Below are positions 47,521-60,016 of a DNA stretch of 60,177 bases, piece after piece. Numbering within the stretch: the stretch's first letter is position 1; every line of letters starts with the position of its first letter. The position numbers and the translations under genes were made by a program. The DNA is taken from assembly GCF_001194135.2 (NCBI RefSeq), contig NC_068992.1:56051591-56111767 (forward strand), in the 5' to 3' direction. A model generated the notes under the pieces. That model was not told the DNA's origin. It searched no databases and saw only the letters and a program-made list of their open reading frames with translations. This DNA is from Octopus bimaculoides (lineage: Eukaryota).

Positions 47521-49378
47521 TTTATTTTTAGAATGACATAGTAGGGTAGATGTGAGAGGCTGAATCTGGCCAGTTTCAACATAAAACAAGTAGAATATTT
47601 GGGCCGGTTATGGCCAGTTTAATTGCTAAAAGGGTTAAATGATAATGATGATGATAATTTTAAAGTGTTGTGGGACAATCAGTGGTACTCTTCAGTGTTT
47701 TGTCTAATCAATGTAAACTGCAGATTAAAGTGCTCAAAAGTCTACAACACTCAATATTCACATTAAGGTACACACTCTCATTTCACTGGTGGTAACTGTT
47801 ACATGACTATAAATCACTCGAGTTAGAGTGAGCCACTGATGTTGTCATATAGCTTCAGCTCAACCCTGATCGAGAAAATCTATAGTCAAAGGCATTCCAG
47901 CTTTAACCATCTTATTTTTCCCTCTGTGCAGGATACCCAAGAAGAGGAAAGGTGGAGGGAATAGGATCGGGAGGAGATAGTAGGTGATGTGGAGAGTGGG
48001 TCAGTGTGCAATAGATGCGCAGTACCAGAGATAAGGTCAAAGGTACATAGGGTTGGAAACAAGTAGGAGACTAACACCAATAGTTGGGGGCTGCCACTGG
48101 CAGAATGAGAGGTTGTGAAGTGGAAGATTGGAGGCGAAAGAGGTATTCAGTGGAAAATAAGATGGTAAGGGATGATCCTGGGAATGTGAGAAACAAAGTA
48201 AGTGGTTCCAGGGAGGGTGAATGGAAGTGCAAAAAGATGGGGGATAAAATATGTTCAGTTCCTTTATTTCAATTAATTTTTAAAAAAATGAATATAAAAA
48301 CATAACCATCATTATTGATTTGGAATTTAGAACATAAATTAACATGAAATTTTAATTAGGTTTTTATTTAAATCACTTTAAAACTGGAAGTTTATATCAT
48401 AGAACCAGGGTGGTCAAAATGGTTAACTCCTTTTGATATCTGTTTCAGACCATCCGTGGTTCTATAATACAAACATTTTTATATTTCTGATATGAGGAAA
48501 TTATATTGTGTATTGGTTTGAGTGCTTTCATTACATTTCGGCTGTGTAAATGCTCCAGCATTCTTCAAGTATCTTGTGATTCACTTAAGTGCCTTGCCAG
48601 GATTGAACTCAGAATCTCTAGGTGACTGCACTGCATTAACCAGTGCTTTTATCCCCAACCCTATGCCCATGGGCAGAGTCAGAGTGAATTTTTAAGGCTT
48701 CTAAACATCTACCGATGTTTTATGATGGTATGGAATTTACTCTGACATTGTCTATAGGCATAGTGTCATGGATAAAGGTGCTGGTTAATACACAGCAGTC
48801 ACCTAGAAGTTCTGAGTTCAAACCCAGGCAAGGCACTAAGGTGAATCACCCATCACCGCTTGTCAACTGGTGTTGGTGTGTTTATGTCCCTGTAACTTAG
48901 TGGATCGTCAAAAAACAGTGATAGAATAAGTACCAGGCTTTTAAAAAGTATGTCCTGGGTTGATACATTCAACTAAAAACCCCTTAAAGGCAGTGTCCCA
49001 GTATGGCCACAGTCTAATGACTGAAAGAAGTAAAAGATAAAAGATAAAGAAAAACAACAACAAAAATTTCTTCATAGAATTTCTTTTTCAGTTTAATAAT
49101 ATTTCATAGAAATTATTTCATGTACACTATGGTATATATTTGGAAGACAAGTATGTGGAATTAAATCTGACTGAGATGAGGAAAAAATGATAAGAGATCA
49201 TATATTTTAAATGTGTGTATGATCCTATGCAAGAAAAAAAATACTTTGGCTATTCCGAATTTTCTTCTTTTTACAATACAAGATGGTGAAATATAGAACT
49301 GGTTATAGGAGTTATGGAATTGCACATTGTCTAGGAATTCCATTCATTTATCTGAACTAAATAATTGTTTATACTTTC

Positions 49379-49482
49379 AAAGCAATTTGAAATATGGAAT
49401 CTTGAAAGCAATTTAGAATATGGAATTTTGAAAGCAATTTAGAATATGGAATTTTGAAAGCAATTTAGAAAATGGAATTTTG
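49379..49482 (+). repeat. Minisatellite, 4 x 26 bp
   Basis: AAAGCAATTTAGAATATGGAATTTTG unit repeated four times, downstream of the RGP1 3'UTR. Confidence 0.92.
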
Positions 49483-50078
49483 ATTAAATACAATAAATAA
49501 ATGTTTTACTTTGCTGAATTTGAACTACTTCTTAACTCGTTTAAAATCTTATTGATTTATTTGAAAAGATATGTCTCAGTGAGGAAATAAAAATTTGGAC
49601 AGAAAATAGAAGTGTTGAAAATAAAAATACTTTATAAATAGCAATTCTGCTAGAGCTCTTGTGATTCTTTCAAATGTCTGTAACATAAAGAATGACTAAG
49701 TTACTTTGTCAATGTTTATTCCTGGATATCTACAGGAGAGTATTTTCAGAGAAACTATCTCAAATAAACTTTCATTTTTGTCAATTAAATAAATGGGTAG
49801 CTGATATGTGAATAAAGATTTAGTTGCTGTGATTTTACAGGGACAATATAATACAAAGCTATGATGACATCCCTTCATTTGTTGTGAGTGACCGAAACTT
49901 ATCTTGGTTTACAGGCCTCACAGGTAACACAGTAATATTTGATTCAAATATCTTGCTGCTAACATTTTACGAATGTTCGTTAATGTCAACACAACTGCAA
50001 TCAACCTCCTTTACATTCACACAAATATATTCAGGTATTATACAGATTTTTCTTTCTCTTCCTTTTTATCGGAAACCA

Positions 50079-50302
50079 TTAAACTTGGATAAATTCTTCA
50101 CTTTTCAGCAAAGTAGCACTCCATGCATGGATTGGACTCGTAGGAAATATTTTAATAGGTAGGTCCCACACCATTGTCTCAACATTTAGTACTGGCGGTC
50201 CCTGCCACATGGAGCAACCATCAGCTGCTACAATCTGTTCGGTGTCATGTACTTCATCAACTACTGTGACAAACTCAAAATGAAGTCTCCATCGAAGACA
50301 AA
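50079..50302 (-). CDS. RGP1: RGP1 terminal coding exon
   Basis: tccag|(V)CLRWRLHFEFVT...WQGPPVLNVETMVWDLPIKIFPTSP...FIQV*; TAA at 50079-50081; minus-strand AATAAA near 49715. Confidence 0.96.
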
Positions 50303-50594
50303 CTGGAAAAAGAAAGGATTAAACAATTCAATAAAACAGATGGAATATCTGAATAAGAAACCACAAAATCAATCACTAAATACATAGAACCAAATCAACA
50401 GCTTATGGGAAACAACTTTGAGGCCAGATTCCAAAAGTGGCATGAATGCTGGGACTGGTGTACTGCCATGCAAGGTGACTATTTCGAAGGAGATGATGTT
50501 AAAACTCAGGCAAATAAGTTATTCTTTATTAAGCATAACTAATCCTGGAACTCTTTGATACTACCTCATAAACAACAGCAACAATTATACTTAC

Positions 50595-50772
50595 CTATGT
50601 CAGTAATGAAGCCAGGAGTTATAGTAAGCGGCACAGGGATACTGATGTGGGTGCGCTGGGTATGAAGGCACATCTCTTGCTGTTTGCCATAGAAAGTGAT
50701 GGAAGTGGGTTGGTTCTTTTTGCGACAGCATTCCTCGGCAACGCTCTCTTCACTCTGCAGGGACACACTCAG
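50595..50772 (-). CDS. RGP1: RGP1 coding exon 7
   Basis: tccag|LSVSLQSEESVAEECCRKK...QQEMCLHTQRTHISIPVPLTITPGFITDI+G|gtaagt, 178 nt. Confidence 0.96.
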
Positions 50773-51449
50773 CTGGAATAGAAAGGGAGAAGGAAAAGTG
50801 TAAATGGAAATCATCGTCTTTGTCATTTAATGTCTGTTTTCCAAGCTGGCATGGGTTGGATAGTTTGACAGGAAAGCACCAGATTCCATAGACTGTTCCA
50901 GCTTGGTTTTTATCAGCTAGATGCCATTCCTAATGCCAACTACTTTACGTGTACTAAGTGCTTTTTACATGGTACCATAACCAGAGCTTTTTATTAAAAA
51001 ACAACAACCACTTGTTTCTAACATAGGCACAAGGCCACACTGTTTTGTGGGTGGGTGAATTGGTCAGGAATAGTTGACTACATAAACCCCAGGACGTGAC
51101 TAGTATGTTACTTTATTGATCTTGAAATAATGAAAAATGGGATTTGAACTCAGAATGCATGGAGCCAGAATAAATACCACAAGTTATTTGTCCAGTGCTG
51201 TAACGATTCTGCCATTTCTCTTTTCCTTCTGCCACTTGTCCTGCCATCCCATTATAAAACTAATGAATTCTAGCAAAATTCATGGTTAAAAAGTTTGGTT
51301 TGCAACCATGTATTATGATGATTGGAAATCCAAAAGCAGATTAACACACCAAGAAGCAGCAATCATCTTTTGTGTGACTGAGGCCATTAAAAAAAAATGA
51401 GAGATCGATAGATATTATAGATAGAATGAGAGAAAGAGATTCAATTTAC

Positions 51450-51577
51450 CTGGACACAAGCTACACTACCACCTGAAAAATCAAACACTCCATTGATATC
51501 TTCTCCCAAACGATATGCATTTTTAAACAGATGAAAACGAGCAACTTTTCCTCGAACATTTGTGATGTTGTAGAAAC
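51450..51577 (-). CDS. RGP1: RGP1 coding exon 6
   Basis: tttag|(R)FYNITNVRGKVARFHLFKNAYRLGEDINGVFDFSGGSVACVQ|gtaaat, 128 nt. Confidence 0.96.
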
Positions 51578-51680
51578 CTAAAAAGAGAGAAGAATAGAAA
51601 TAGAGTCAGTAAATAAGTCTTAGTGAGAGATCAGCTTTAATCCTAAATAAGCAGCTTAAACATCCTCCTCTTAATAATTT

Positions 51681-52030
51681 ATTACCTCCGCCTTAACGAA
51701 GATGGAGGTACTGTTTTCACTCGTGTTTGTTTGTCTGTGGACAAGATATCTCAAGAACCGCTGGATGGATTCGGACGAAACTTCCAGGAATGTTTGGCCT
51801 CGTGACTGGCATGAACTGATTAGATTTTGGGATCAATCTGGTAATGGACAAGGATTATTTTTCCAGTTCTTTCACTTAATTTTTGAGAGCGGTTGGGTTC
51901 ATTTTTAGTATTCTCGTTTATGAGAGCAGTAGAGTTTATTTCAGATATTCTCATTTTAAAAAATCATCTCTAGCTAATTGTTGAGAGGACGTTGGTGTTG
52001 CCTTGGTGGAGGTTTGCACTCAATGAGTGC
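51681..52030 (+). mobile_element. Full-length non-autonomous Helentron/HINE (DINE-1-like) element in RGP1 intron 5
   Basis: Subterminal inverted repeats ACCTCCGCC / GGTGGAGGT (52005-13), GTTTG/GTCTG microsatellite, 3' hairpin GCACTCAATGAGTGC, T-rich flanks. Confidence 0.75.
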
Positions 52031-52145
52031 TCTTGTTGTTGTTGTAGTTTAACAGGTGCAGGTATGACAGTGTTGTTAAGTTAATTCCCAACCACATGGT
52101 TTCAAGTTCAGTACCATAAGCAGAAACTGAAAGAAACTCGTCATA

Positions 52146-52553
52146 GGCACAGGAGTGGCTGTCTGGTAAGTAGCTTCCTTACCAACCACATGGTTCCGGG
52201 TTCATTCCCACTGCATGGCACCTTGGGCAAGTGTCTTCTACTATAGCCTTGGGCTGACCAAAGCCTTGTGAGTGGTAGACGGAAACTGAAAGAAGCCCAT
52301 CGTATATATGTATTTATATATATATATTTATGTGTGTGTATATGTTTGAGTGTCTGTGTTTGTCCCTCCCATCATCACTTGACAACCGATGGTGGTGTGC
52401 TTACGTCTCCGTAACTTAGCGGTTTGGCAAAAGGGACCGATAGAATAAGTACTAGGCTTACAAAGAACAAGTCTTGGGGTCGATTCGCTCGACTAAAGGC
52501 AGTGCTCCAGCACAGCCGCAGTCAAATGACTGAAACAAGTAAGTAAAAGAGTA
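52146..52553 (+). mobile_element. SINE family A, full-length reference copy (tRNA-derived; cf. octopus OK/OR SINEs)
   Basis: A-box-like TGGCTGTCTGGT, B-box-like GGTTCATTCCC, CCTTGGGCAAGT central domain, internal (TA)n(TG)n, AAAAGAGT tail. More than 15 partial copies in the window. Confidence 0.9.
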
Positions 52554-52713
52554 ATCATCATCATCATCATCATTGTTTAACGTCCGCTTTCCATGCTAGC
52601 ATGGGTTGGACGATTTGACTGAGGACTGGTGAAACCGGATGGCAACACCAGGCTCCAGTCTAATTTGGCAGAGTTTCTACAGCTGGATGCCCTTCCTAAC
52701 GCCAACCACTCAG

Positions 52714-52714
<1 letters not shown>
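52554..52714 (-). mobile_element. SINE family B, young subfamily
   Basis: Near-identical to the 10688 and 60017 copies; its 5' end abuts (TA)n. Confidence 0.9.
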
Positions 52715-52745
<31 letters not shown>

Positions 52746-53041
52746 GTGTCTTTGTGTCTGTATTTGACCACCGCTTGACAACTGGTGTTGGTGTATTTAC
52801 ATCCCTCTCTAACTTTGCGGTATCGCAAAAGGGACCAGCAGAATAAGTACTATGCTTAAAAAATAGAACAAGTCCTGGGGTTGATTTGTTCAACTAAAAT
52901 TCTTCAAGGCGGTGCCCCAGCATGGCCATAGTGTAATGACTGAAAAAGCTAAAGAAAAAAAAGGATAGACGTATAAGCTATTTATAAAAGAGGAAACAAG
53001 TTGAATAATACAAAGAATCAAAGTTTTCAAACCAGACATAC

Positions 53042-53185
53042 GAGCAGTTTTCCTGGTAGTGACTGTGGATAGAACTTGCAATGCCATATCTAAAATAGAA
53101 TTCTCCTTCCTGGAATGCTTCAAGAATGGGTTTGTTGGAGCTACATCTACTTCGTTTTCATTATAAACACTTGTATCATTTAACC
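53042..53185 (-). CDS. RGP1: RGP1 coding exon 5
   Basis: tttag|(G)LNDTSVYNENEVDVAPTNPFLKHSRKENSILDMALQVLSTVTTRKTA+C|gtatgt, 144 nt. Confidence 0.94.
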
Positions 53186-53289
53186 CTAAAACAGAAGATA
53201 CATGCATATATATATTAGCAAATAATACTACTTTCCTACATTCAACATCATATTATGGTAAACAAATACAATATATATATTTCTAGAAT

Positions 53290-53790
53290 AGACTCCTATA
53301 TATAAGTGTGTGTCCCTGTCATTTTTTTTCTCACCTCTCCCTAATTCTTTTGTGCCTCTACCTCTCTCTTCTCTTCCCACGTGACCGGTGTTCAGCCAAG
53401 CCTGACCTTTCTTGTTTTGGGTGGCTGTTGTGCATGCAACATCGTTATCTCTCCCTGTGCCTGTGAAATATTGTATCCCAGCTGTAAGGCCTTATTTATA
53501 TATATGCCAGCTTAATTTTATTTGTCCTTAGTCGAAAGACATCTGTTGTTAAGTCCCGTTATTATTCCTACTGTATTTGTGTAACATTGTTCGTTTTTTT
53601 TCTGTCCTTGTTTTTGTATACATTCGCTGCTTTCTCCCAAGGAAGCTAATGTTCTTAGCTTAGTTTTTTCCTTGGGGAATAACCAGCTGAAATTGCAAAG
53701 ATAATCTGGATCTTGACTGAAGAGAGAAAACTCCGAATGACATGTCCGTGTTTCCTTGTATCATTTATCTGTATGTTTTGCGTTCTTGTC
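53290..53790 (+). mobile_element. Possible Penelope-like terminal repeat in RGP1 intron 4
   Basis: GACTGAAGAGAGAAAACTCCGAA..ACATGTC resembles PLE pseudo-LTR motifs; no coding evidence. Confidence 0.3.
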
Positions 53791-53946
53791 CCATTCTGTA
53801 TTATTTATATATATATATATATATATTTTGAAAAAAAGGAGGCAGTCTTCTTTCTTAGTGCTCTAGCAATAAGTTTCCTCAACATAACTGACCAATACTT
53901 GACAATGTAGCAATAATAGAAAGAAAAAAAAAAGGAGCATACCTAC

Positions 53947-54096
53947 CAAATAGCACCATAACACGAATAGGAATGCGAAGTAATTTTGTTGGTTGGTTGA
54001 GTCTCTGTGTACCAATGGTGATCTTGTAAGAGTATTTAATAGCTTGACCTCGATAGGAAGGAGGTGAATCAGCTGGTACAATGTCTTTGTATTCAT
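53947..54096 (-). CDS. RGP1: RGP1 coding exon 4
   Basis: tacag|(Y)EYKDIVPADSPPSYRGQAIKYSYKITIGTQRLNQPTKLLRIPIRVMVLF+G|gtaggt, 150 nt. Confidence 0.96.
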
Positions 54097-55039
54097 CTGT
54101 AAAATAAATATAAAGGAATAATATTGAAACAGGAGAGATGCGTGATAGAGTGATTGGTTCTACTTTAGCATGTGATCTACTACAGTATCTGTAAGCTATG
54201 CAATAAAATGACCTGATCTGGGTTAGTGTTTAGGTCAGGGGATAGGGATAGGTTATAGTTTAGGGTTAGGGGTTAGGATTAGGATTAGAGTGCATGCTAA
54301 AGTGTTAATTGCCAGGCAGACTGCACACTCAAATAGTACAGAGTAATTTAAATAGAGGTTTTGGATTGCTAAACCACTGGTCTTGGGTTCATATTTCATG
54401 GAGCTTTCTAGACATTACACTTCATTCTAAGTGAATCACTTCAAAGATGTTATTAATGCTCTTGTAGTCATTAATGGCTTTGGCCATGCTGAGATCTTTC
54501 CAGAATATTACCTGACATCTAAATCCAAAGTGGGACTAACATTTTTGTCACTAAATATGATAGATCCAGTCCAAGATGCAGGCAGCTTATTGCAATATAC
54601 TCAGCAGTATGTGGAAACGATCAGCATATTTTTTTTTCCATAACTGCAAACACTGAAGAGCACAAGGTTACATAATTAGACTGTTATCTAACATCCTGTT
54701 GAACCCCTAGTACAAAACTGATTGGTAAGATCAGCCATAATGGATATATAATACTGTACGGTATTATATATCATTTCCCCAAGGTAAGATTGAACCTGAA
54801 CCTACGTGGTTAGGAAGCAAGCTGCTTAACCATGCAGCCACATCTGTACCAGCATGGATGATGTAAATATGTAAAAACACTTCATCTCTTAAGATGAAGT
54901 TAATAGTGTAATTAATGTTTGCTAGTAATATCTGTGGAAGTCAATAAATGTCAAAGAAAATTTTATTACAACTTTGTCCATAATAATGTTAGCATTTCAG
55001 TGAAATATCAAAGCCAAAACATCTTTATACAGAAACAAA

Positions 55040-55071
<32 letters not shown>

Positions 55072-55108
55072 AAGAGAGAGAGAGTGGGAAGGGCAGTTTT
55101 ATACTTAC

Positions 55109-55192
55109 ATTGTTTTGACTCTCCAGGTGCCAGTTTGAGGTCACAGAAAAGTATTTTTGGTTTTGTTGAAAGAACTGTACAACCTTTTTCTC
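55109..55192 (-). CDS. RGP1: RGP1 coding exon 3
   Basis: tccag|(G)[27 protein letters not shown]+T|gtaagt, 84 nt. Confidence 0.96.
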
Positions 55193-55558
55193 CTGGAAAA
55201 TTATCAAAATTATAAATATTAATGAAAATATTTAGGATCTAGTTACATTAACTGTTACTGAAACCTACAGATAAATATACAAACACACACATATTTATGT
55301 GTGTGTGTGATCATCATTGTTTAACATTTTCTTTCCATACTGGCAATGGTTGGATGGTTCGAAAGAGGCACCTGTGCTGGTGACACATAAAAGGTATCCA
55401 GCCATAGAAACCAAGCCAAAATGGACTGAAGCCTGGTGCAGCTCTCTGGCATACAACTCTGGTTAAACTGTCCGACCCATGCGAGCATGGAGAATGGATG
55501 CTAAATGATGATGATGATGATGATGTTTAAATGATACTCAAGGAAAATTAGGACTTAC

Positions 55559-55713
55559 CTTTGTTTGGAACAAACGATGTCTCACAGCCTGTTGTTGATA
55601 CTTCTTCAGTGGATAAATTAGTGGAAGATGGCAAGACAATACGCGTCTCACTCACTGTTCTTTGACAATGTATCTGGACGCTGGCCCAAGCAAGAACATC
55701 ATACTGCTCACCA
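55559..55713 (-). CDS. RGP1: RGP1 coding exon 2
   Basis: tctag|(H)GEQYDVLAWASVQIHCQRTVSETRIVLP...ETSFVPNK+G|gtaagt, 155 nt. Confidence 0.96.
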
Positions 55714-56092
55714 CTAGAAGATAAATAGGATAAAATAAAAATAAACACAGAAATCAAACAAGGCTTTTATTAAAATATCTCATTTTTGATGGCTTCAAAA
55801 ATGCACTATGGGCATATGAGATGCACTCCAATTTCAGCAGTACATATTAACGAAGAAAAAAGTTTGGCAGAATTCTGGTTCAAGCCTCACATATAACCCT
55901 TCATAAACTCTTTATTGTTTGGAATTTTCAGAAAATTTTTGTGAATTTGTGTTCAGTGCTAGTTTGTGAACATCCCTGTTAACTTAGCTGTTTGGCAAAA
56001 GCGACTGATCAAATAAGTATCAAGCATGAGCACTAACAATTCAACTCCCAGCCACAGACACACCTCCACCTAAGACAAACAAATATACTTAC

Positions 56093-56202
56093 TGAGATTC
56101 ATATTCAGGAAGAGCTGAATTTGAGAAAGTGATGATACAATGGATTGTCTCCCCTGCAAGGTAGACTGGCCCACGAGGGAGGGTGGCCACCACATCAATC
56201 AT
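56093..56202 (-). CDS. RGP1: RAB6A-GEF complex partner protein 2, coding exon 1
   Basis: MIDVVATLPRGPVYLAGETIHCIITFSNSALPEYES+CA|gtaagt; cf. human [28 protein letters not shown]. Acceptor at 56242 implies an upstream 5'UTR exon. Confidence 0.96.
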
Positions 56203-57979
56203 CTTGCTTCCTTCAACAGCAGCCAACAACAGCAACACACCCTGAAGCAGAAGAGAACAGTTCAGTATGATTCAACACAACTTACACAATGCTGTATGTT
56301 TTCTATGTTGTATATTTTCTATATTTATGTTATATGTTTTCTATATTTTAGCTATGTTTTAGCTTGGTGGTGATATGGAGATGAGAAAATAGGCACTTGT
56401 AGATGTGTTTGTAAAGGTGTGCATGAAAGATGCAGAACACACACACACACACACACACAAGCTTCTTTCACTTTCCATCCACCAAATCAACTCACAAGGC
56501 TTTGCTTGACCCAAAGTTATAGAAGACACTTGCCCAAGGAGCCATGCAGTGAGACTGAACCCAGAAACATATGGTTGGAAAGCAAACTTCTAAACCATAC
56601 AACCACTCAGTGATTTAAATATCACTTTTAGTGTGTGTGTGGTGGTGGTGGGGTAGAACACACTTTTACTCTTTTCAATTGTTTATAATCAAATGCTATT
56701 ACTCCCCTGGAATTGCCTCTACAAGTAGAGAACGACCATTTTCCTCAGCTTGTAAATAACTGTCATTGTATATTTTATTGCAATTGTGTAGGTCCTCTTT
56801 GGACCTGCAAATTACATCAGTCACTGTAACAGCTACTGACTTTCTATAAAGTACTGAGGACCAAAACAGAAGATTGCTCTTACATCTGGAACAGCACCAC
56901 TGCTACTACACATACAGATCATCATCATTCACAAATTACGAAGTAACCACACGGCTAAGCCCACATCCAGACATTATAGCCCACATCTAAAGAAAGGAAT
57001 TTTTGACTGATTGGTATAAAGTTGCTCACGAATATACACTTGCTTTTAGCCCAGAGATATACAGTTTTCTCTCTCTGCCTTTTCTATGACTACTACAGTG
57101 GCCTCTGTTCCTCTAAACTGACTAACTCATGGGTCTCCCCTCCTCTTGTCCTTCTTATTTTATCTCAACACTTCAACCCAAAGAATGTGATCTAACCTTT
57201 CTTCACCCTTGTTCTTTCCCTGGATATTAGTTGTTAGTTTTCTGGAATTCTCTCTCTCTCTCTCTCTCTCATCATTTAACACCCTCCTTCCATGCCAGCA
57301 TGGATGCCCTTCCTAACACCAACCACTCTGCAAAGTGGGTTGTTTTTTTATGTGGCACCAGCACAGGTAAGATCAGTTTTAGCATGCTTTTTACAGCTGG
57401 AAGCCCTTCCAAATGCCAACTGCTTTACAGTGTGAACTGGATGCTTTTTAAGTGGCACCAGCACTGACAAGGTCACCAAGTAACTTGCAAGACAAGGAAT
57501 CTTTGAGAGAAGAGGCAGTGGAGGAGATGATCTTGAACCAGATGATGAAAGGTTAGTATGATAGAGAGGCAGAAACAGATGTCTTGCTGTAGAGAAGGCA
57601 CATGGTTATCCAACCAGAGAGAGTTAACAAGAAAGAGGGCAGAAACAGGTGTGTTGCTGTAAGGGTTACCTGGGAAGAGAGAGAGAGAGAGAGAGAGAGT
57701 GATCAAGAATGAGAGCAGAAACTCTCTCTGTGAGTATTTTTTCCCCAACAACCATAGAACTAGCAATGATGATGATGATGAAAGAGAGAATTCCACAAAC
57801 ACATAAACGGTGCTAATCTTCCTAGTCTCAGAGTCTCCAAGACAGCCTACAGAGGACAAGAGCTCTGCAGCTTCCATCAGACCACTCTCTCTCTCACACA
57901 CACAAAATTTAATGCAGTTGTTTTCTCAGTCAACAGAAATAACATAAAAATGCTACAACAGGAGAAACCAATCAATAGA

Positions 57980-58398
57980 ATAAATCAATTGGGTTATTTC
58001 AAACATGGTGTGTGAATATGTGTGTGTGTGCCAATGTATATGTGTCTATGACTAATTGTATATATTATGTGTGTGTGTGTGCAGCAATGTGAGCATGTAT
58101 ATATGCATGACTGATTCAATGTGTGTATGTGTGTGTGTGTGTGTGTGTATCAGTATGAACATGCATGTTTATATGTTAGTGCGTTTGTGTGTGTGTATGG
58201 GTATGCATATTCACATAGCAGATAGTGCTTGTATAAAGTATGTGTGAATGTGCTAGTCAGTATGCATGTGTGTGAAAGTAAATGCAGGTATCTGCTTGCA
58301 TATGAGTGCATGCATGTATGTGTGGTTGTGCATGAGTGTATGTACGTGCCTGTATGTATATATGACAACATCAGTGCCTACATTAACATGTGTACATT

Positions 58399-58429
<31 letters not shown>

Positions 58430-58440
58430 ATACACAATCT
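57980..58440 (+). repeat. Imperfect TG/TA/CA microsatellite field
   Basis: Alternating purine-pyrimidine tracts; source of the CVCV/HTHT spurious ORFs. Similar fields at ~430-660, 6540-6720 and 8670-8990. Confidence 0.9.
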
Positions 58441-60016
58441 TCTGTGTCGTAATTTTGTCTGAATATATTTATATCTATAGATGAATTGTACGGTTGAGAT
58501 ACTGTTGTTTGTATTCTTGATGCAGAAACTGTGACTCAGAGCTCAACATTAGTATGGAAATTGAAAGAAGCCCGTCGTATATCATCATTTAACATCCATG
58601 TTCCATGCTGGCATGGGTTGTACAGTTTGACCAGAGCTGATAAGGCTGGGGGCTGCACCAAGCTCCAGTTTCTGTTCTGGCATGGTTTCTACAGTTGGAT
58701 GTCATTCCTAACACCAACCACTCCACAGAAAGTACTGAATGCTTTCTATGTGGCACCAGCAACAATGCTTTTTTATGTAGCACTAGAACTGGTTCAATTC
58801 TGCTATGGTGGCTGGATCTTCTTGAGTATGTATATGATGGACTGGTCTCATGTGAGTGTGTGTATCTGTGTGTTTGCATGCACTACTGTCTCCTTATCCT
58901 GACATTATATGATAATTGTAAATGAGTGTCACCGTTATGCAAGCAGTGTCCTTTGTTTCCAATATTGTTAAATGTCTGGCCATGGGGAAATGTTACTTTT
59001 CTTGGAAACAAATTAGGGTTGAAATCAGAAAGGGCATCTGACTGTAGAATATTTGCCTCAATAAACTCCATCTGATCCATGCAAACATAGAAAAAGGGAT
59101 GATGACGATGATAATGTCTATATATAATTAAAAGATTAATCACTTTTGTTTTGAATGGTGAGAAAGTAATAATGTGTGGAAAAAAGAAAAAAAAGAAATG
59201 CAATTACAAGGGTAAAGAGACAATTATTGTTTTACTTACAAATAGATATAAGGCCTAATGATATTCCTGTTTTACCATAATCCAAAATTTGACTGAGTAA
59301 TCTACCATCCTGAAAAGAGAAAGTTGCTAAGACATTAAGTTTAAACAGTTATTCTTCATATTTTCTGTGACTTGTTTTTCAAACATGTTAAATAATTTGA
59401 TACATCAGAAAATAGCAAAAGGCATCTGTTTGTATTGAATATAATTCCAAAACTATTTGCACTGATCAAAATATGCTGTAATTGAATTAAAATATTACAA
59501 AATAATCTAAATAACAATACTGGGACTTAATAGCAGAGCCCTCAAGTTCACTTCAAATGTTACGGTTCATCACCACGAAGGACCTCTCCTAGTGATTGAA
59601 CATATTCAACGTAGGAAAGATTGCATCATAAAAATAGTCTTCCTCTTTAGGGCCTCCAGTAACATTCTACAAAACTCAAGTAAGGCCCACAATCAATAGT
59701 GTAGCATGGGGGAGGGGATTTCAGCTCTGAGTGATGCTTTTATAAGGGGAGCACTTTTGGGTTTGCTATAAGTATAGGCAGTTTGCAGGGTGGAGGTAGA
59801 ATGCTTAAAGGCAGTCCTGGGCTACACTATCCACAATGAAGTACAGCTCCAGCTTCTACACCTGGAACAGTGCTGTTGCTGCACATGTAGATACTCTAGC
59901 CAACCACTCCCCAAAGGCTATGATTATGATCAGCATAAAGTTCCTCACCAATACTTTCCAGCCTCTGATCCTCAAACATGCTTTCTCCCCTCTCTGCATA
60001 TATATATATATATATA

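Noticed and set aside
47880-48260. Penelope-like RT remnant on the minus strand
   Set aside because: Only a vague SASGSP resemblance; too degraded to support.
49379-49482. CRISPR-like array (also 27481-27561 and 28500-29235)
   Set aside because: Units are contiguous with no unique spacers, the context is eukaryotic, and there are no cas genes.
52146-52215. tRNA gene
   Set aside because: A/B-box-like motifs are SINE heads continuing into SINE bodies; no complete cloverleaf seen.
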